Shown: one piece after another, positions 49,541-52,960 of the stretch | How positions within the stretch are numbered: the first letter of the stretch is position 1 | Layout: the number at the start of each line of letters is the position of its first letter | Assembly: GCA_002104905.1 (NCBI GenBank) | Contig: MCFE01000612.1 | Coordinates: 1 to 52,960, forward strand | Length of the DNA stretch: 52,960 bases | DNA from: Basidiobolus meristosporus CBS 931.73 | Taxonomy: Eukaryota; Fungi; Basidiobolomycota | Direction: 5' to 3' | Program-made: the position numbers and the translations under genes | The notes under the pieces: generated by a model | The model's database searches: none | Told to the model about the DNA's origin: nothing | The model's input: only the letters and a program-made list of their open reading frames with translations

Positions 49541-50081
49541 AGTGCTTTAATTTTTCATCATGATAGTTTTACATGAGTTCCTAACGTACTTTGAAAGTAC
49601 GCAGTAGCCATACCCCAACAGGTTTTAAGGATGTCCACTAGCTACGTCTACTTGTGTCTAGCGGGAGCCATCAATCATCAGCCACGCAATACTGAAATGC
49701 TTTTATTTTTCATCATGCTAGTTTTGTATGAATCCCTAACGCACTTTCATAGTGCGCGGTAACCATACCCCAACAGGTTTTAAGGATACCCACTTGCTAC
49801 GTTTACTTGTGTCTAGCGGGAGTTATCAATCATCAGCCGCGCGGTAATAAAGTGCTTTTATTTTTCATCATGATAGTTTTACATGAGTCCTTAACGCACT
49901 TTCATAGTGCGCGGTAACCATACCCCAACAGGTTTTAAGGATACCCACTTGCTACGTTTACTTGTGTCTAGCGGGAGTTATCAATCATCAGCCGCGCGGT
50001 AATAAAGTGCTTTTATTTTTCATCATGATAGTTTTACATGAGTCCCTAACGCACTTTTATAGTGCGCGGTAACCATACCCC
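49541..50081. repeat. 155-bp tandem repeat, ~3.5 units
   Basis: A(G/A)TGCTTT(T/A)ATTTTTCATCATG recurs at 49,541, 49,696, 49,851 and 50,006. Confidence 0.92.
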
Positions 50082-50540
50082 CAGAAAGTAGTGTGGATGC
50101 TTACTTTAAACGCTCACTTGTGTATTGTACGGAATATCAACAAACAGCCGTGTGGGAATGGAACATCATAGAAAAGCATTGCTTTGTTGTTAGCAAGTAT
50201 TGATGCGCAAATAGTGGTACTATGTGAATTATTGAGTAACTATTTACTCTAGTTGGTTCCAAGATATTCCTAGACAATATGCTCAAAATCAATATTAGCA
50301 TCAATAGCTTGCTCTTTGATCACTAAACCACCGCACCCAATATGCAGTGGCCTTGGTTTTGTCTAGCCGTCAAGGAATGAAACCAGAGTACAGTCACAAG
50401 AGAGGCAAAAGTGAAATGTGATGAAGTAAGTGTATATGAAAGTAATATAAATCTACAGGACAGAAGAGAACAACTAGTAGTTAAACAGCACTCACTGACA
50501 CTCCACCGAGTAGAGCACCAACACGGACAATAAACAAGTC

Positions 50541-51002
50541 ATGAGGGGAAAGCTTAAGGACCGCTACTTGGGGATCAAGACCAAAAGAGGAAGCTGCCTC
50601 TACCATAGCAGTCCTTGCGCTCCAAAGGAAGACCAAGAATCTATTATAGACAAAGATTGCGGCAAGAAAAGCAGTACAATTACCAGTTCTGGTAGTGGTA
50701 CCTTTGGAAGTCCCAAACACCTGGAGAAAACTCGGAAAAAATTGGCAGATGACTCAGTTGTCCTGAGGAGAAAACAAACCAATGCGATTGAGCAGTTCCA
50801 AAACAAACTTCAGCTTAGTTCTTCTTTGCCTCACTATAAAGTACTCCAAGTGGCTTATTTTGATTATAAGCGTATGAAGGAGAATCAGGCAGAGACTGAT
50901 AAATTAAGTGATAGTCAATTGCATCACTTCTTAGATCAGGTAGAGAAACAGTCGCACAGCCAAGAGACGGAACAAGAATTGACGATTACAGAAACCAAAT
51001 AA
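50541..51002 (+). CDS. Hypothetical ORF (153 aa) in a segment trapped between telomeric junctions
   Basis: Open frame with a charged helical C-terminus, followed by AATAAAATAAAA. No family recognised; it may be a gene fragment. Confidence 0.4.
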   Translation: MRGKLKDRYLGIKTKRGSCLYHSSPCAPKEDQESIIDKDCGKKSSTITSSGSGTFGSPKHLEKTRKKLADDSVVLRRKQTNAIEQFQNKLQLSSSLPHYKVLQVAYFDYKRMKENQAETDKLSDSQLHHFLDQVEKQSHSQETEQELTITETK

Positions 51003-51051
51003 TTTTGCCAATGTAGTTTTGCATTTTAATAAAATAAAAGGGTGTTAATAA

Positions 51052-51996
51052 GGGTTAGGGGGGAGACAGTCACCAACAGGTGAAATCTTTATTTCAGTTG
51101 AAACAAAGAAGCCAGCGCTACTGTTGTAGCGTTGATACAAGAGTGTGTAGCTGAGGGGAATTTGTAGGTAAGTTAATAAGAAGTGATGATAGTTCTTCAG
51201 TGCTAAACACACTGTTCAGTGGGAAGGGGGGTAGCAAGAGAGGTAAGAATGACTTGTGAACAACATTAATGAGGGGAATGTGATAAGGATTGATATTCAT
51301 CATAAAGGGAGAGTGCTGCTGCAGATATTGCTGCCAAAGGTCTGTCAAGTACTTCAGGTAGGCCAGCTTGGGCTTTTCTGACTGCAGAATAAATTCAGCA
51401 AACTTCTTGACTTCAGGATCTCCAAGTATAGTTCTCCAGCAGGAGTCAGGTGTAGTGTGGTGTGTTCTCTTCCAGGCCTTAATCAGTGGGTTGTTGCAGT
51501 TGTGAAGTCTGAGGTATAATCTGGTTCTAAGGTAGAGAAGTCTGATCTTATAGGGCATAAACCCAAAAGCACCAAGAATAGCATGTCTGTAGGGGCATTC
51601 AGGCAAATGAGGCACCAAGGAGGTAATGCACCATACTGCAAACTTGTCAAGCTTAGTGCAGTCTCTGGCAGTAAGAGAGAGAAGTGGTAAGCCAAATTCC
51701 AGGACAGGGAAGACAAACTGCTTGAGTAGAAGGAGGCAGCTGGGAGCTGAAGTTGTAGGAGGAGTAACAGCCAGTAGCTTGTGGAGTGCCTGTCTTGCCA
51801 GGATAATTCTCTTCTTCAGGTGTGCTCCAGAGTCTAGTCCAGTAGGAAGGAAAGGAAAGCCAAGATATGTAGCAGAAACCTGAGCAGGTAGAGTTGTGTT
51901 CTCCAAGTTGATGGAAGAGCCCAAAGGTACTGTCTTTGCAATGGAAAGCTGGAGATTATTCTTCTGCAGATACTGGTGGATGGTCTGGGAGTCTTG
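51052..51996 (-). mobile_element. Telomeric LINE family A, copy A4 (3' 0.94 kb)
   Basis: GGGTTAGGGGGGAGACAGTCACC start; nearly identical to A3; capped by GGGTTAGGGGTTAGGG. Confidence 0.96.
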
Positions 51997-52011
51997 GGTT
52001 AGGGGTTAGGG

Positions 52012-52026
52012 GGGAGGAAAGTCACC
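52012..52026 (-). mobile_element. Abortive C-type 3' stub (15 nt)
   Basis: GGGAGGAAAGTCACC is identical to the start of element C (42,312-42,326) and is followed at once by TTAGGGTTAGGG. Confidence 0.8.
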
Positions 52027-52720
52027 TTAGGGTTAGGGGAGACAGTCACCAACAGGTGAAATCTTTATTTCAGTTGAAACAAAGAAGCCAGCGCTACTGT
52101 TGTAGCTTTGATACAAGAGTGTGTAGCTTAGGGGAATTTGTAGGTAAGTTAATAAGAAGTGATGATAGCTCTTCAGTGCTCAAGACACTGTTTAGTGGGA
52201 AGGGGGGTAGCAAGAGAGGTAAGAATGACTTGTGAACAACATTAATGAGGGGAATGTGATAAGGATTGATATTCATCATAAATGGAGTGTGCTGCTGCAG
52301 ATATTGCTGCCAAAGGTCTGTCAAGTACTTCAGGTAGGCCAGCTTAGGTTTTTCTGACTGCAGAATAAAGTGAGCAAACTTCTTGACTTCAGGATCTCCA
52401 AGTATAGTTCTCCAGCAGGAGCCAGGTGTTGTGTGGTGTGTTCTCTTCCAGGCCTTAATCAGTGGGTTGTTGCAGTTGTGAAGTCTGAGGTATAATCTGG
52501 TTCTAAGGTAGAGAAGTCTGATCTTATAGGGCATAAACCCAAAAGCACCAAGAATAGCATGTCTGTAGGGGCATTCAGGCAAATGAGGCACCAAGGAGGT
52601 AATGCACCATACTGCAAACTTGTCAAGCTTAGTGCAGTCTCTAGAAGTAAGAGAGAGAAGTGGTAAGCCAAATTCCAGGACAGGGAAGACAAACTGCTTG
52701 AGTAGAAGGAGGCAGCTGGG
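52027..52720 (-). mobile_element. Telomeric LINE family A, copy A5 (3' 0.68 kb)
   Basis: TTAGGGTTAGGGGAGACAGTCACC start; ends at GCAGCTGGG, whose GGG is shared with the following telomeric repeats. Confidence 0.96.
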
Positions 52721-52753
52721 TTAGGGTTAGGGTTCTAGTGCTTTATTGGGAAA

Positions 52754-52960
52754 GGGTTAGGGTTAGGGTTAGGGTTAGGGTTAGGGTTAGGGTTAGGGTT
52801 AGGGTTAGGGTTAGGGTTAGGGTTAGGTTAGGGTTAGGGTTAGGGTTAGGGTTAGGGTTAGGGTTAGGGTTAGGGTTAGGGTTAGGGTTAGGGTTAGGGT
52901 TAGGTTAGGGTTAGGGTTAGGGTTAGGGTTAGGGTTAGGGTTAGGGTTAGGGTTAGGGTT
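52754..52960 (+). repeat. Terminal telomere (TTAGGG)n, ~34 units in the window
   Basis: G-rich strand on +, running to the end of the window; two TTAGG variants (52,823 and 52,900). Preceded by TTAGGGTTAGGGTT (52,721-52,734) and a 19-nt non-telomeric insert. Confidence 0.99.

Noticed and set aside
49541-50081. CRISPR-like array
   Set aside because: The whole 155-bp unit repeats with no unique spacers, the context is eukaryotic, and there are no cas genes.
52823-52904. TTAGG variant repeats in the telomere
   Set aside because: Single-G losses in homopolymers could be sequencing error and cannot be judged without reads.

Overview
This is the right end of a eukaryotic chromosome, ending in a (TTAGGG)n telomere. 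The organism is probably an early-diverging fungus; this is inferred from short GT-AG introns, an intron-containing IucA/IucC synthetase, a DIM-2-like methyltransferase and Whi2. Bases 1 to ~27,700 are CpG-normal host DNA encoding an IQM-like protein, 3-hydroxyisobutyrate dehydrogenase, enoyl-CoA hydratase, Whi2, a DIM-2/DNMT1-like C5 methyltransferase, an NIS siderophore synthetase, the LSG1 GTPase, a triple-HMG-box protein and a small secreted protein. From ~28.2 kb the subtelomere is CpG-depleted. It holds a full-length Ty5/Hemivirus-type copia element, Ty3/gypsy remnants and a large Gly/Asn-repeat secreted protein. It also holds a stack of co-oriented non-LTR retroelements, each joined to the previous segment by only 1-2.5 telomeric repeats. 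Highlight: a telomere-specialised retroelement system. Family A is an APE-endonuclease + RT LINE (5 copies, one full length) and family B is a diverged RT sister. Element C is a 430-bp non-coding partner with four covarying hairpins. All three share a 3' end of AATAAA, a TCACC-loop-GGTGA hairpin and an oligo-C/TAACCC tail complementary to the telomeric G-overhang. ORF2 of A has no ATG and follows ORF1 in frame after a single TGA-CTA (a readthrough context). The 4.3-kb coding region has no CpG that I could find. Abortive 10-15 nt cDNA stubs capped by telomeric repeats suggest that RT and telomerase take turns extending a free chromosome end. All coordinates, counts and alignments were made by eye.
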